NCBI GenBank assembly: GCA_963762565.1 | Contig: CAVXLD010000010.1 | Span: forward strand, 32,001-96,000 | Length of the DNA stretch: 64,000 nt | Source of the DNA: an uncultured Verrucomicrobiae bacterium | GTDB taxonomy: Bacteria; Verrucomicrobiota; Verrucomicrobiia; Chthoniobacterales; JAFAMB01 | Direction: 5' to 3' | Shown: piece by piece, positions 1-9,881 of the stretch | Layout: each line of letters begins with the position of its first letter | How positions within the stretch are numbered: the first letter of the stretch is position 1 | Position numbers and translations under genes: made by a program | The notes under the pieces: model-generated | The model's input: the letters and a program-made list of their open reading frames with translations, nothing else | Database searches by the model: none | Told to the model about the DNA's origin: nothing

Positions 1-1456
1 TGATGACAGAGTCTAACCCCGCTTGGATCCCGACTCGAACGCTGGCGGCATTCTTTGATAAGGCGAATGCTTTTCGAAGCGGGATCGGTCCTTCGTAGCG
101 GTTGTCCGCTTTTTCTACTCCCCATTCGCCCAGGATGCCGCTGGTCCCTCCGATCATCACCTGATGATTATCCATCGGCGAGTCGTCGACTAGTGACCCC
201 GGAAAAACACCCTTAGCAAAGGCGGCTGCGTAAACGAACGGAATGAAAGCGGTCCCGGCAGGCCGTTTCGACTGGAACGCTCGATCGTATTCGCTTTGCG
301 AATAGTCACGGCCGCCGACGAGAGCCAGGATTCCGCCGGTTCGATTATCAACCGCTAGAACCGCTCCTTGAAGATAGTCGGGATTTGGGGGCACGCCCTC
401 TTTATGCGTTGCCTTCCATTCTCGCAGCTCCTCGCTGAACTGGTCGTAGGCCTGATGCCGATAACCATTGGTTCGCTCAACCTGCAGCAGTTTCTGCTGC
501 AACGCTTCTTCACCGGCATGCTGCAGCACCGGATCGATGGTGGTGTAGATCTTGTAGCCTTCGCTTGCGAGCGACTCGTAATCGAGCTCGGACTGCACCT
601 GTTGGCGAATTGAGTCGATCACATACGACTCGTACACGACGTTCGTCTTTGGCCGGACCTCTAACGGCTGCGCGATCTCTTGATCCGCTTGTTCCTGAGT
701 GATCTTGTGATTTTCCACCATCCGTCCGAGGACGAAGTTGCGCTCGTCGGTCGCAGCCGTCAGGCTTTTCCAAGGCGAAAGATTGTTAGGACTCTTGAGT
801 AGACCCGCCAGCATAGCGGCTTCGCCGATAGAAAGGTCCATCGCCGATTTCCCGAAATAGCCCCGCGCTGCCGCTTCAGCCCCATAAAGCCCACCACCGA
901 AGTAAACCCGGTTCAGGTACAACTCCATGATCTTGTCTTTGGGCAATGCTTTGTCGATCCGCATCGCCAAAAAGACCTCCAGAATCTTGCGATCGTATGT
1001 TCGGTCGCGGAGATCGAACGTATTCCGCGCCAGCTGTTGAGTCAGCGTCGAGGCTCCTTGACGGATTCTGCCTGCAGCCGTGTTCTTGAACGCAGCCCGA
1101 ATGATTCCCCAAAAGTCGACCCCGCTATGTTCGTAAAATCGATTGTCTTCCGCCGAAATCACTGCCCCTACCAGATACGGCGAGATCTGGCTGAGACTCA
1201 CTTCTTCGCGGTTGCGGACAAAGATCTTACCATAAACCTGTCCATACCGATCGTAGATCACGCTCGCAGATTCGAGGTCCTCTAGCTTGGCGAGATTGAA
1301 TTCCTCCGCCTTCTTTTCGTAGCGGACGATCACCCAGAAGTACACAAAGCCGGCTGCCCCGAGCAGACACACCAGCAGTCCAACGAGGCTAAGAAACCAA
1401 ATCCGCCGGTAAAAAGGCTTACGGACTGCCGGTTCGGAAGTGTCAGGCATCAGCAT
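1..1456 (-). CDS. Class A penicillin-binding protein (PBP1A-like transglycosylase/transpeptidase), 3' end runs off the window
   Basis: Manual translation: N-terminal TM, GT51 motifs EDNRFYEHSGVD and QGASTLTQQLARN, YLNRVYFG; TP region LALVGGRDY...RPAGTAFIPFVY and SKN. Start could be 1468, 1456 or 1450. Confidence 0.9.
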   Translation of the reverse strand, partial: MLMPDTSEPAVRKPFYRRIWFLSLVGLLVCLLGAAGFVYFWVIVRYEKKAEEFNLAKLEDLESASVIYDRYGQVYGKIFVRNREEVSLSQISPYLVGAVISAEDNRFYEHSGVDFWGIIRAAFKNTAAGRIRQGASTLTQQLARNTFDLRDRTYDRKILEVFLAMRIDKALPKDKIMELYLNRVYFGGGLYGAEAAARGYFGKSAMDLSIGEAAMLAGLLKSPNNLSPWKSLTAATDERNFVLGRMVENHKITQEQADQEIAQPLEVRPKTNVVYESYVIDSIRQQVQSELDYESLASEGYKIYTTIDPVLQHAGEEALQQKLLQVERTNGYRHQAYDQFSEELREWKATHKEGVPPNPDYLQGAVLAVDNRTGGILALVGGRDYSQSEYDRAFQSKRPAGTAFIPFVYAAAFAKGVFPGSLVDDSPMDNHQVMIGGTSGILGEWGVEKADNRYEGPIPLRKAFALSKNAASVRVGIQAGLDSVI

Positions 1457-1577
1457 TTGTAGCCTCATGGAGCCTCACAGCTTTCACCAGCATTGCGGTC
1501 ATTCAAACAAAAAAAAGCTCCGGTCGTCGAGCGCGGCTTCCAGCGACCGCCGACATAACAAGTTGGTCCCCTGACCT

Positions 1578-1690
1578 GGGAGGGCGCGCTGCCTGTCCGC
1601 CATAGCTTTAGCGACGGAGGATCCTCGCGCGCCGCATCCAGGTCTACATCGTCGAGTTATGGAAACGCTCGATCTGACGCGATCCCTCCC
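1578..1690. repeat. REP/MITE-like palindromic element, GGGAGGG-ended family (other copies 36336-36360, 41033-41222, 50643-50825)
   Basis: GGGAGGGCGCGC...GACGCGATCCCTCCC inverted ends; the same motifs recur at the other loci. Confidence 0.7.
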
Positions 1691-1765
1691 CAACGCTGGA
1701 TCCCCACGGCTTGCAGCCCACAAAACCAATTGGTGAGGGCGCCGGCATTGCGTTACTTGAAAAGA

Positions 1766-2938
1766 GTGTCTACCGGCAACACGGAGCTGCAGCAGATCAT
1801 CCGCGATGAAATCCGGCGGCTAGGTTCGATTTCTTGTGAACGCTTTATCGAGCTGGCGCTTTACCATTCTCGATTGGGCTACTATTCGCAGGAACGGCTA
1901 AGAATCGGCCGCCAGGGCGATTTCATCACGAACGTCAGCGTCGGAAAGCTTTTTGGAGAAATTCTCGCAGATCAGATTGTTGAGCTTTGGGACATCCTGG
2001 AGCGCCCGCCCGAATTCACAATCGTGGAATCAGGCGCCGAGACGGCAGACTTAGCGTCAGATTTGCTCAACCGGCTTTATCAAGATCGGCCTGCTGTGCC
2101 CTGGAACTATGTGATCGCGGAACGGAGTGAAGCAAAGCAGAGGCAACAACGAGAGAGACTGACCGGAAGATCGGACAAGCGAGAGCTCATCCCTACGGGC
2201 GCCGTTCGTTGGGTAAACAGCTTGAATGATCTGGCTCCGATCACCGGTATTGTGCTGGCCAACGAACTTTTGGATGCGATTCCGGTTCGGGTCGTCGATT
2301 TCTCAGAGGATCGATGGCAAGAAGTCCGCGTTGTTGTCGAGAACGACGCATTCAAATTCATTTCGGAGCCAATCATAGATCCGCTATTGGCTGCAATGAT
2401 TGACAAGATTCCCGGTCCCGTGCCTCAGCCTTACAGAACGGAAATCAATCTTGGGGCGCTGGATTGGTTTCGTAGCGCGGTAGGAAATCTCCGGCGCGGA
2501 TTCGTCCTTTTAATCGACTACGGCTATTCGCGAGCCGACTATTATTCTCCATTGAGAACCGAAGGAACTCTCACTGCATACCGGGGTCAGCGGCGGCAAA
2601 AGACCATCTTCGAAGAAATTGGCGAAACTGATATCACCGCCCACGTTGATTTTACTGCGATCGCAGAAGCAGGCTTAAACGGAGGCTGCCAGCTGCTCGG
2701 CTTCACGGATCAGCATCATTTCTTGGTGGGCGCCGGGGAAAGCAGGATGCGATCTTTTGAAGGGGGCCAGAGCCAAGAGGGAAGACAGCAATTTTTGCGA
2801 GCGTACAAAACGCTCATGCATCCGGAGATGATGGGGCTTGCGTTCAAATACTTGCTCATGGGCAAGGATGTACCTGCGACGGTGATGCCGAGCGGGTTCA
2901 GGTATGCGAGCGATCCTAAGAGAGTGTTGGGATTGTGA
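1766..2938 (+). CDS. SAM-dependent methyltransferase, MidA/NDUFAF7 family
   Basis: ALYH..GYY, GDFIT, NELLDA, IDYG and DITAHVDF motifs; GTG at 1766 chosen as start. Confidence 0.9.
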   Translation: MSTGNTELQQIIRDEIRRLGSISCERFIELALYHSRLGYYSQERLRIGRQGDFITNVSVGKLFGEILADQIVELWDILERPPEFTIVESGAETADLASDLLNRLYQDRPAVPWNYVIAERSEAKQRQQRERLTGRSDKRELIPTGAVRWVNSLNDLAPITGIVLANELLDAIPVRVVDFSEDRWQEVRVVVENDAFKFISEPIIDPLLAAMIDKIPGPVPQPYRTEINLGALDWFRSAVGNLRRGFVLLIDYGYSRADYYSPLRTEGTLTAYRGQRRQKTIFEEIGETDITAHVDFTAIAEAGLNGGCQLLGFTDQHHFLVGAGESRMRSFEGGQSQEGRQQFLRAYKTLMHPEMMGLAFKYLLMGKDVPATVMPSGFRYASDPKRVLGL

Positions 2939-3014
2939 GTGGACGGAGTGGACTTAGTGGACGGGGCGGTTTTGGCTTGCTACCGAGTACAGTGAACTGG
3001 TTATAAGCACTCGT

Positions 3015-3992
3015 ATGTCAGCTTACCGGTTTCCGGTTCTTTTGTGCTTGTGGTTGCTAGTTGGCGGCACGGAGTCAGGATTTGCCCAACAGAATTTTGG
3101 CGTGGTCCAAGGAAGGATCGCAGAGGGTATAAAGGAAGTCTCGGTTACCGGGAATCTGGTGCCTAAAAAGGCTGGGACCTCGCTAGCGCTGACCGTGCCC
3201 GTATCCCTCAACAGTTCAAAAACTACGTGGTGGGTCGTTGACACTGGAGCCCCGGTTTGTGTAATCGATCCTTCGTTCTCCACGAAGTTGGGACTTCAAG
3301 CCGACAACAAAGTAGGACGTTTTCCAGTGACGATGGTAAACAATTTCCTACTGGGAACGTTTCAGTGCAATGGCATCGCATGCGTTGTCAGATCGATCGG
3401 AGAACTGCACACTCTCGAATTAAGAAATGAAGGTGGATCATTCGATAAAGCAGGGGTAATCGGCGTCAATCTTCTTGCTAAATACGGAGCAATTATTAAT
3501 TGCCGGACCGAACAGATTTTCTTGTCTCCGTCCGGAAACCTCGGGATGTCACGCCAAAAGTACGAGCAGATGGGGTTCACTTATGTACCCATGAATGTCA
3601 CATCTAGAAACAGGCTCGAAGTAACCGGAACCCTTGGAGGTAAAGAATTTAGCTTTTTCTTGGATACAGGCGCGTTTTCTACAACGTTGGACGACTCGAT
3701 CCGCAACGAGGTAAAGCTTCCCTTCTTCACAACACACACCAAAATCGAAGGTCCATTCCACGACTTTGGTAGGGATGCGCGGTACACTTACGGCACGGCA
3801 ACCGACTTCAAGCTAGGGACTTACGACGCAAGCGGCGCGCGTCTCGGCTCTACAACTCTAAACATATCCGATTCTGGCTCCTCACATCGATTCGCCGGCT
3901 TAATTGGGATGGATTTTCTGTTTTTTCGCTCCGCCATTATCGACGTCGGCGGGCGTGCACTTTATTTGAAACCGGATTCAAGGCCTCACTAA
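3015..3992 (+). CDS. Secreted two-domain retropepsin-like aspartyl protease
   Basis: Signal peptide; two DTGA motifs, followed by GVIG and GLIG respectively. Confidence 0.85.
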   Translation: MSAYRFPVLLCLWLLVGGTESGFAQQNFGVVQGRIAEGIKEVSVTGNLVPKKAGTSLALTVPVSLNSSKTTWWVVDTGAPVCVIDPSFSTKLGLQADNKVGRFPVTMVNNFLLGTFQCNGIACVVRSIGELHTLELRNEGGSFDKAGVIGVNLLAKYGAIINCRTEQIFLSPSGNLGMSRQKYEQMGFTYVPMNVTSRNRLEVTGTLGGKEFSFFLDTGAFSTTLDDSIRNEVKLPFFTTHTKIEGPFHDFGRDARYTYGTATDFKLGTYDASGARLGSTTLNISDSGSSHRFAGLIGMDFLFFRSAIIDVGGRALYLKPDSRPH

Positions 3993-4033
3993 TTTGAACC
4001 GTTTCGCATTCTGGCCAAGATTAACTCCACCTT

Positions 4034-4762
4034 ATGGGACGCCAATGGCTACAAGCTAAACGCGAAGTTGCTCACCTGAAGAAGGGGCAAGCGGTCGGCA
4101 AATTGGTCAAAGAGATCATGGTGGCCGCGAAACTTGGCGGTGCGGAGCCGGAAAACAATGCGCGATTGGCCGCTGCGGTCGACAAAGCTCGCAAAATGAG
4201 CGTCACCCGCGACGTGATCGAACGAGCCACTAAAAAAGGGGCCGGGATCGGCGACGAAAAACTGACTTTGACGAACGTTGTGTTCGAGGGCTATGCGCCG
4301 CATAAGGTCCCGGTGATCGTCGAGGTCTTCACCGATAACCAAAACCGAACCGCGCCGGAGATCCGGATGTTATTCAAATCCGGCCAACTTGGGACCCCAG
4401 GTAGCAATAAATTCCTTTTCGATCATGTCGGCTTGGTGGAAGCTTATCGGCCCGAACAAGGTGTGGACATCGAAGCGGCCGCGATTGAAGCCGGAGCGAA
4501 CGAGGTCGAACCCTTGTCGCCGGCAGACAACGACAGTATTCCGGACGGAAGCACCGGCGCGCGTTTCGTAACCGAGCGGTCCGGTACCCACTCGGTATCA
4601 CAATGGTTAAGCCAAAACGGTTGGACCGTTGTTACTAGCGAAACCGGGTACCTTGCCAAGAAACGAGTGGAACTGCCGGATGCACAGCGAGTCGAGGTAG
4701 GCGAGTTCTTGCAAGCACTCGACGATCACGATGATGTGCACCGGGTGTGGGCGGCGATTTAG
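4034..4762 (+). CDS. YebC/PmpR family protein
   Basis: 242 aa; NARL, FEGYAP, TDNQNRT, LDDHDDVHRVW. Confidence 0.9.
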   Translation: MGRQWLQAKREVAHLKKGQAVGKLVKEIMVAAKLGGAEPENNARLAAAVDKARKMSVTRDVIERATKKGAGIGDEKLTLTNVVFEGYAPHKVPVIVEVFTDNQNRTAPEIRMLFKSGQLGTPGSNKFLFDHVGLVEAYRPEQGVDIEAAAIEAGANEVEPLSPADNDSIPDGSTGARFVTERSGTHSVSQWLSQNGWTVVTSETGYLAKKRVELPDAQRVEVGEFLQALDDHDDVHRVWAAI

Positions 4763-4903
4763 TGCCTAAGATTAAAGCGAGGGCTAAGTCTTCCGGGTCT
4801 CTCTAGGCCTAGAAATTGCTTGTTAACGGCTCTTGTCAGTACGGTTCGAGCCCAGCTGCATGGTTGCAAATGGATTGGCCGACGATGCAAATCACAAAAA
4901 GTT

Positions 4904-5884
4904 ATGGAAGGCGAAATTATGGGGTCCAAATCCGCGCTTGAGGCTGTCCGACAAGCCGAGCAGAAATATCGTAGCATCTTCGAGCACTGTGTTATTGGGA
5001 TTTTTCAGACAACGCCGGAGGGGCAATATCTCAGCGCTAACCCGGCGCTCGCGCGCATGTATGGTTACAACTCGCCCGAAGAGTTGATCGGGGCACTCAC
5101 GGACATCAGCCGTCAACTCTATGTCAAACCCGGCCGCCGCGCTGAATTTCGCAAACTGGTACGCGAACATGGGAAGGTGATCGATTTTGAGTCACAAATC
5201 TACCGGCGCGATAAGAGCGTCATCTGGATTTTGGAAAGCGCGCGCCTGGTACGCGATGAAGTCAGCGGCGAAGTACTTTATTACGAAGGCATGGTGCAGG
5301 ATATCACTCAGCGCAAGTTGGCCGAGGAAGAGCGCGACCAAGCCAACGCTCGCTTGGCTCTCCAATACGCGGTGACGCGCACCCTAGCGGAAGTGCGGCA
5401 TCTTGGTGAGGCTTCCAGCAAGGTCGTTCAGTCGATCTGCGAAACCATGAGCTGGGATGTTGGCGGGCTTTGGTATGTGGATGCCGAGGCAAACGTGCTG
5501 CGGTGCGCAGACGTTTGGTACGCGCCCGGGATAAACGTCCAAGCTTTTATTGATGCCACGCAACGGGCTGCTTTTGCGTCCGACATGGGACTTCCCGGGC
5601 GCGTGTGGTCCAGCCGCAAGGCATTCTGGATTCCGGATGTAGTCGTAGATGACAATTTCCCGCGCGCTGCAGAAGCGGCGAAGGGAGGGCTCCATGGCGC
5701 ATTTGCGTTTCCAATTATTCTCGACGGCGAAGTGACGGGTGTGATGGAGTTCTTCAGCCGTGGGATCCATGCTCCGGATGATGATTTACTCTCCATGCTT
5801 ACGGCATTGGGCACACAGATAGCCAAATTTATCGAGCGCGAGCGCATGGCAGAACAGCTCGCGCAATACACGGAGAACTGCTAA
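4904..5884 (+). CDS. PAS + GAF sensor protein without output domain
   Basis: KYRSIFE..GIFQTTPEG..ANPALARMYGY (PAS); GLPGRVW, AFAFPI..GVMEFF (GAF). Confidence 0.8.
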   Translation: MEGEIMGSKSALEAVRQAEQKYRSIFEHCVIGIFQTTPEGQYLSANPALARMYGYNSPEELIGALTDISRQLYVKPGRRAEFRKLVREHGKVIDFESQIYRRDKSVIWILESARLVRDEVSGEVLYYEGMVQDITQRKLAEEERDQANARLALQYAVTRTLAEVRHLGEASSKVVQSICETMSWDVGGLWYVDAEANVLRCADVWYAPGINVQAFIDATQRAAFASDMGLPGRVWSSRKAFWIPDVVVDDNFPRAAEAAKGGLHGAFAFPIILDGEVTGVMEFFSRGIHAPDDDLLSMLTALGTQIAKFIERERMAEQLAQYTENC

Positions 5885-6050
5885 AACCAGCTGATTGGTA
5901 GCGGAGGATTTCGAGGGCGGGGTGTTGAACGGAGGGCCGGGTGCAGCAAGAAATTATCAAGGAGAGTTGCGTTTCCGTAGGTGATTTCACTGAATCCAAT
6001 TTTGTTATGCCAACAATTCGCCAATCTATTTAGACTCTCTTCAACGATCA

Positions 6051-6815
6051 TCAGGCTGGTTTCTGTTGAACACACCTTCTCGCCACCAAGACAATGAGTT
6101 CCTCCGATTCATCTGTCTCATTTCGCGGCCGTTTGGGAAACGCTTTATATTCGATCTCAAAATGGTTTTTTTCTAGAAACGCGTAAAGCTGAAGATTGTC
6201 TCTAAGACCTTTGTCGGAAAATAGTGAACGGTTGCCCCGATGGGGCAAATTGAGGACAATAATCCTGCCATCCGGTTTGAGATATTTCGCAAAACCACTC
6301 AGAACCTTCCGGAAATCCACGTAGTTCAAAATATCCGAATAAACGATCGCATCCGCACGCTCCGTTCTTTCGTCTGTTTTCGGATTTATCTCAAGGAATG
6401 CGCAGACCCTGAGGATGGCTTTTCGGAAACTCAGCGCCGAAAATTCCCACACCTTCTCTGCGTCAAGCCGGACTCTCAGTTCCTCCAACGATCCACCATT
6501 ATCAGCGGCTATATCGACGCAAATTCGCTTCCTTTCCGGTTTTGTCTTTAGCATTTGCGTTACAGGCGACGCGCCACTGCCAACGTCAATGATCAGGTTG
6601 CCGATCTTTTCTTCTGCCTCGAGCTTGCCAAGAACAGGCTTCAGAAGTCGCTGCTTTAGCTCTGGGGCATATGACTCACCCCAATATTCTTGCCAGGGGT
6701 GCGTATCCCTTCGATCAAGCCTATCGCCGGATATTGGCCTATAGAACAGCCAATTGAGCATCAAAACCAGTATCAGCAGTTGTCGCCAATGCCAACTACG
6801 ATCCAGAGCGAACAC
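6051..6815 (-). CDS. Class I SAM-dependent methyltransferase-like protein
   Basis: IIDVGSG motif I, LNYVD, LKPDGRII; true start probably downstream of 6815. Confidence 0.65.
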   Translation of the reverse strand: MFALDRSWHWRQLLILVLMLNWLFYRPISGDRLDRRDTHPWQEYWGESYAPELKQRLLKPVLGKLEAEEKIGNLIIDVGSGASPVTQMLKTKPERKRICVDIAADNGGSLEELRVRLDAEKVWEFSALSFRKAILRVCAFLEINPKTDERTERADAIVYSDILNYVDFRKVLSGFAKYLKPDGRIIVLNLPHRGNRSLFSDKGLRDNLQLYAFLEKNHFEIEYKAFPKRPRNETDESEELIVLVARRCVQQKPA

Positions 6816-7014
6816 CGCGTATTCGGATGGCGATATCCCGATCGGCTCGGCTCTCGAGGTTTTCCACTACGGCTTCTTTGGTTTGCCGCGATCCAGACAG
6901 CCAAGCCGCCGAACCGGCTCAAAGCAACGGTCGTGTGCGCTGGAGAATATTGAGAGAAAGCGTTGATACTCTAGCGAGGCTTATAGCGTAAGTGCCTAAT
7001 AACAAAGCACTCGT

Positions 7015-7063
7015 CGGAGAGGGGACTCTAACCCCTAAGGATTGCTCCACCAGATCCTAAGTC
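7015..7063. repeat. att site (displaced 3' half of tRNA-Leu), left end of the integrated element
   Basis: 49-bp direct repeat of 26327-26375 with one mismatch. Confidence 0.95.
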
Positions 7064-7150
7064 GTGAAAATTGCCTAGGGTAAGTCGTTCTCTCCTAGGA
7101 AGATAGCGATAAGGAGTGAGAAGGAGTAACAAGGAAAAGGAAGTTATTCG

Positions 7151-7184
7151 GTGACTATTTGTGACTTAGGGCGTATACTGAAGT
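7151..7184 (+). promoter_or_regulatory. Putative sigma70 promoter for a near-leaderless integrase mRNA
   Basis: GTGACT (7151-7156) - 17 bp - TATACT (7174-7179) - 5 bp - ATG (7185). Confidence 0.55.
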
Positions 7185-8363
7185 ATGCCGCGAACCTCGA
7201 AACTCAAACCGACCGAACTCCCATCGAGAAAAGCTCAAGGACTCGCCTCCTGGGTCGTCAATGTTCCGGCTCATTTGTCTGAAACAGGCAAGCGCCAACA
7301 GTTGTTTTTCGATACCAAGAAAGAAGCCGACGTCGAATGCTCCAGGCTCAAAGCCAAGAAGGACAATTTCGGGCTTTCGCTAATGAACCTCAGCCAAGAA
7401 AAATTGCGGCAGGCTACGGCGGCTTTCAAATTGCTTGATCCGATACAGGTCGATTTGTTGGATGCCGTCAATGAATTTATTGCCGGACACAGGCAACGCA
7501 CGGCGAGCATATCGTTTAAGGATCTCTTCGAACAATTCTTGGCCGCTAAATCCGACCGTAACCCTGCCTACTTGCGTGAACTCCGAATCACGCTGAAACG
7601 GTTCCCTGATCTTCATCCTAAAATGGTGTGTGATATCACCACCAAAGAACTCGACACCATCATATCTCCGCTCTCCTCGGGTGCTCACAATCCGATCCTG
7701 AGATATTGGCGTGCGGTCTTTAATTTTGGCATCAAACGCGGATACCTTCAGAAAAATCCAATTGCTGGACTGGATTTCGATCGACGTCCACGCCTAGAGG
7801 TTGTCACGGTCCCGGTTGGCCGAGTCGAGGGAATGTTCCAGCATGCGCTTAAGCATGATCTGGAACTGTTGCCGTACTTGGTGTTCGGGTTCTTCTGTGG
7901 CATCCGGCCTGATGGTGAACTCCCGAAACTGGAGTGGTCAGACATTGTTGAAGGTCAAGTAATCATCCGGCCCGAAGTATCGAAAACCAATCGACGCCGG
8001 TTTGTGGATCTGAGCAACAACGCCAAGGCTTGGTTGAACGCCTACGCTGGCGCTGGTGGTGTCATGACGGGTAAGGTGACCAAGTACAACTATAGCGAGC
8101 TTCGGACGCACCGTACGGCGAATTGGATTGCGGCCGGTATCGCCGATTGGCCACAACAAGGAATGCGTCACACCTACTGCTCAAACTGGCTAGCCCAGAA
8201 CAAGGACGTCAATAAACTGGTCCTCCAGAGTGGTCATGATTCGGTCGACACGATGTGGCGCAATTATCACAAGGGTGTGACCGAAGCTGAAGCCACGAAG
8301 TTTTGGGCGATTAATCCGCCGAAAAGGGGTGACAGGAAGATTCTCGCATTTGCCGCCAAATAG
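7185..8363 (+). CDS. Tyrosine recombinase/integrase
   Basis: GIRPDGELPKLEWSDI (R), SKT (K), GMRHTY (R), SGH, RNYH (Y); adjacent to att. Confidence 0.95.
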   Translation: MPRTSKLKPTELPSRKAQGLASWVVNVPAHLSETGKRQQLFFDTKKEADVECSRLKAKKDNFGLSLMNLSQEKLRQATAAFKLLDPIQVDLLDAVNEFIAGHRQRTASISFKDLFEQFLAAKSDRNPAYLRELRITLKRFPDLHPKMVCDITTKELDTIISPLSSGAHNPILRYWRAVFNFGIKRGYLQKNPIAGLDFDRRPRLEVVTVPVGRVEGMFQHALKHDLELLPYLVFGFFCGIRPDGELPKLEWSDIVEGQVIIRPEVSKTNRRRFVDLSNNAKAWLNAYAGAGGVMTGKVTKYNYSELRTHRTANWIAAGIADWPQQGMRHTYCSNWLAQNKDVNKLVLQSGHDSVDTMWRNYHKGVTEAEATKFWAINPPKRGDRKILAFAAK

Positions 8364-8370
8364 CGCCAAA

Positions 8371-8871
8371 ATGTGCGAATTGTTCGTAGCTGCTCACCAC
8401 GAGAATTTGCCGATAGTGATCAGCGTTATTGCTCTTGTTATCAGTGTCGGGTCACTGGTTTGGAACATCTATCGAGAGATTCTGTTGAAGCCGAGAATGC
8501 GCGTAAGATTCTGGTTCTCGCAGATCATAATGCCTGCCAGAGTTACCGCCCCTTTTCTGAAGTTATCCGTCATTAACTTGGGACCGGGGAGTAATACAGT
8601 GGTTGCCGCCAGGGTGAGGGTGCGACCATTCTTTCTGAGCTGGTTCAGAGAAGAAAATCCGGCTACGGCGATTCACAATTTTAACGATCCATTCTGCGCC
8701 ACACTGCCTGCAAAAATGGCCCCGGGCGAAACGATCATGATCACGTTTCCGATAGAGGGTACCAGGATTCTAGATCCGAAAGTATTGCGGATCGGAATCG
8801 AGGATTCATTTAATCGATTCCACTGGGCACCCCGGAAAAATCTAAAAAGGGCGCGACGCCGGGTTTCTTGA
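8371..8871 (+). CDS. Hypothetical single-pass membrane protein
   Basis: N-terminal hydrophobic helix followed by a beta-rich domain. Confidence 0.65.
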   Translation: MCELFVAAHHENLPIVISVIALVISVGSLVWNIYREILLKPRMRVRFWFSQIIMPARVTAPFLKLSVINLGPGSNTVVAARVRVRPFFLSWFREENPATAIHNFNDPFCATLPAKMAPGETIMITFPIEGTRILDPKVLRIGIEDSFNRFHWAPRKNLKRARRRVS

Positions 8872-9111
8872 GCAGGCTGCAAGCGGCCTTCGCTATGCGA
8901 TGGCCGCGAAGATGATTGGTTCTATTTTCCCGATTTTCCAAAGATTTCAAGATGTTGTATATTGGTCTGACCGAATACCCAAAATATGGGACTTGACTCT
9001 GTCGCTTCACCCGTCTAATAACGCTCGGGTATTGACGGGTCAGTGTACGCCAATTTGCGTATTCCGTTGCCAGGACATAAACGTTATTGTCAGAATCAAC
9101 CTCCTCTTTTC

Positions 9112-9879
9112 ATGCCAGCGATAGGAATATTTCGCCGATCGCCTATTCCTAACAAGATTTCTCCCTGCCCTATTGTCGATGCGACTTTCGAAGTGCGTTT
9201 CGATGCATCGGTGCCTGCGGGAGCAGTTTACGGTCTGGTATACAATGCCTTAAAAGGAAAGTTCCCAAACCAAATACAGCTTCAGACAGTCAATCTTCCC
9301 GAGCAAATGCGCCTGTTGAATCCAGCGCTCCTGTACCAGCCGCAGTTTCGACTTGAAGGCGAGGGGCTCGCGGCAATGATTGGACCGAACGTGTTCGCGG
9401 TCGGCATGGTTGGCGAATATCCTGGTTGGCAGGATCTTTCGGTAGCATTCACGGAGACGTTGAAACTTCTCAAGACTTCCGGTGTGGTTAAGACAGCGCA
9501 TCGCTTTGGATTGCATTACGTTAATTTTTTTCGCCACAATATTCTTAATGATCTAACGTTAGCTATTCAGGTCGAGAAAGAGCTTTTATCCGGAGAGTCA
9601 ACGTTTTTCAAAACGGTGCTACCATGCGACGGCTATAAGCTTCAGCTACAGGTGATGACTGACATTAAGATTGCCCTGAGAGCTCCAGTCGCGAACCTTA
9701 AACAAGGTGACCCGGGCAGTATGATTGATATTGACTGCTATCAGGAGTACCCTTCAACTGATACAGACTTTTTAGCGGCAGCCACCAGTTTCATGGAGTC
9801 AGCGCATACTGGTGAGAAGCAAGTTTTCTTCAGCCTTTTGACTGATGATTATTTGAAAAAATTGGATCCAAAGTACTAA
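9112..9879 (+). CDS. TIGR04255-family protein
   Basis: CPIVDATFEVRF, YPGW..F, RFGLHYVNFF, IDID, FFSLLTDDYL pattern typical of the family. Confidence 0.8.
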   Translation: MPAIGIFRRSPIPNKISPCPIVDATFEVRFDASVPAGAVYGLVYNALKGKFPNQIQLQTVNLPEQMRLLNPALLYQPQFRLEGEGLAAMIGPNVFAVGMVGEYPGWQDLSVAFTETLKLLKTSGVVKTAHRFGLHYVNFFRHNILNDLTLAIQVEKELLSGESTFFKTVLPCDGYKLQLQVMTDIKIALRAPVANLKQGDPGSMIDIDCYQEYPSTDTDFLAAATSFMESAHTGEKQVFFSLLTDDYLKKLDPKY

Positions 9880-9881
9880 AA

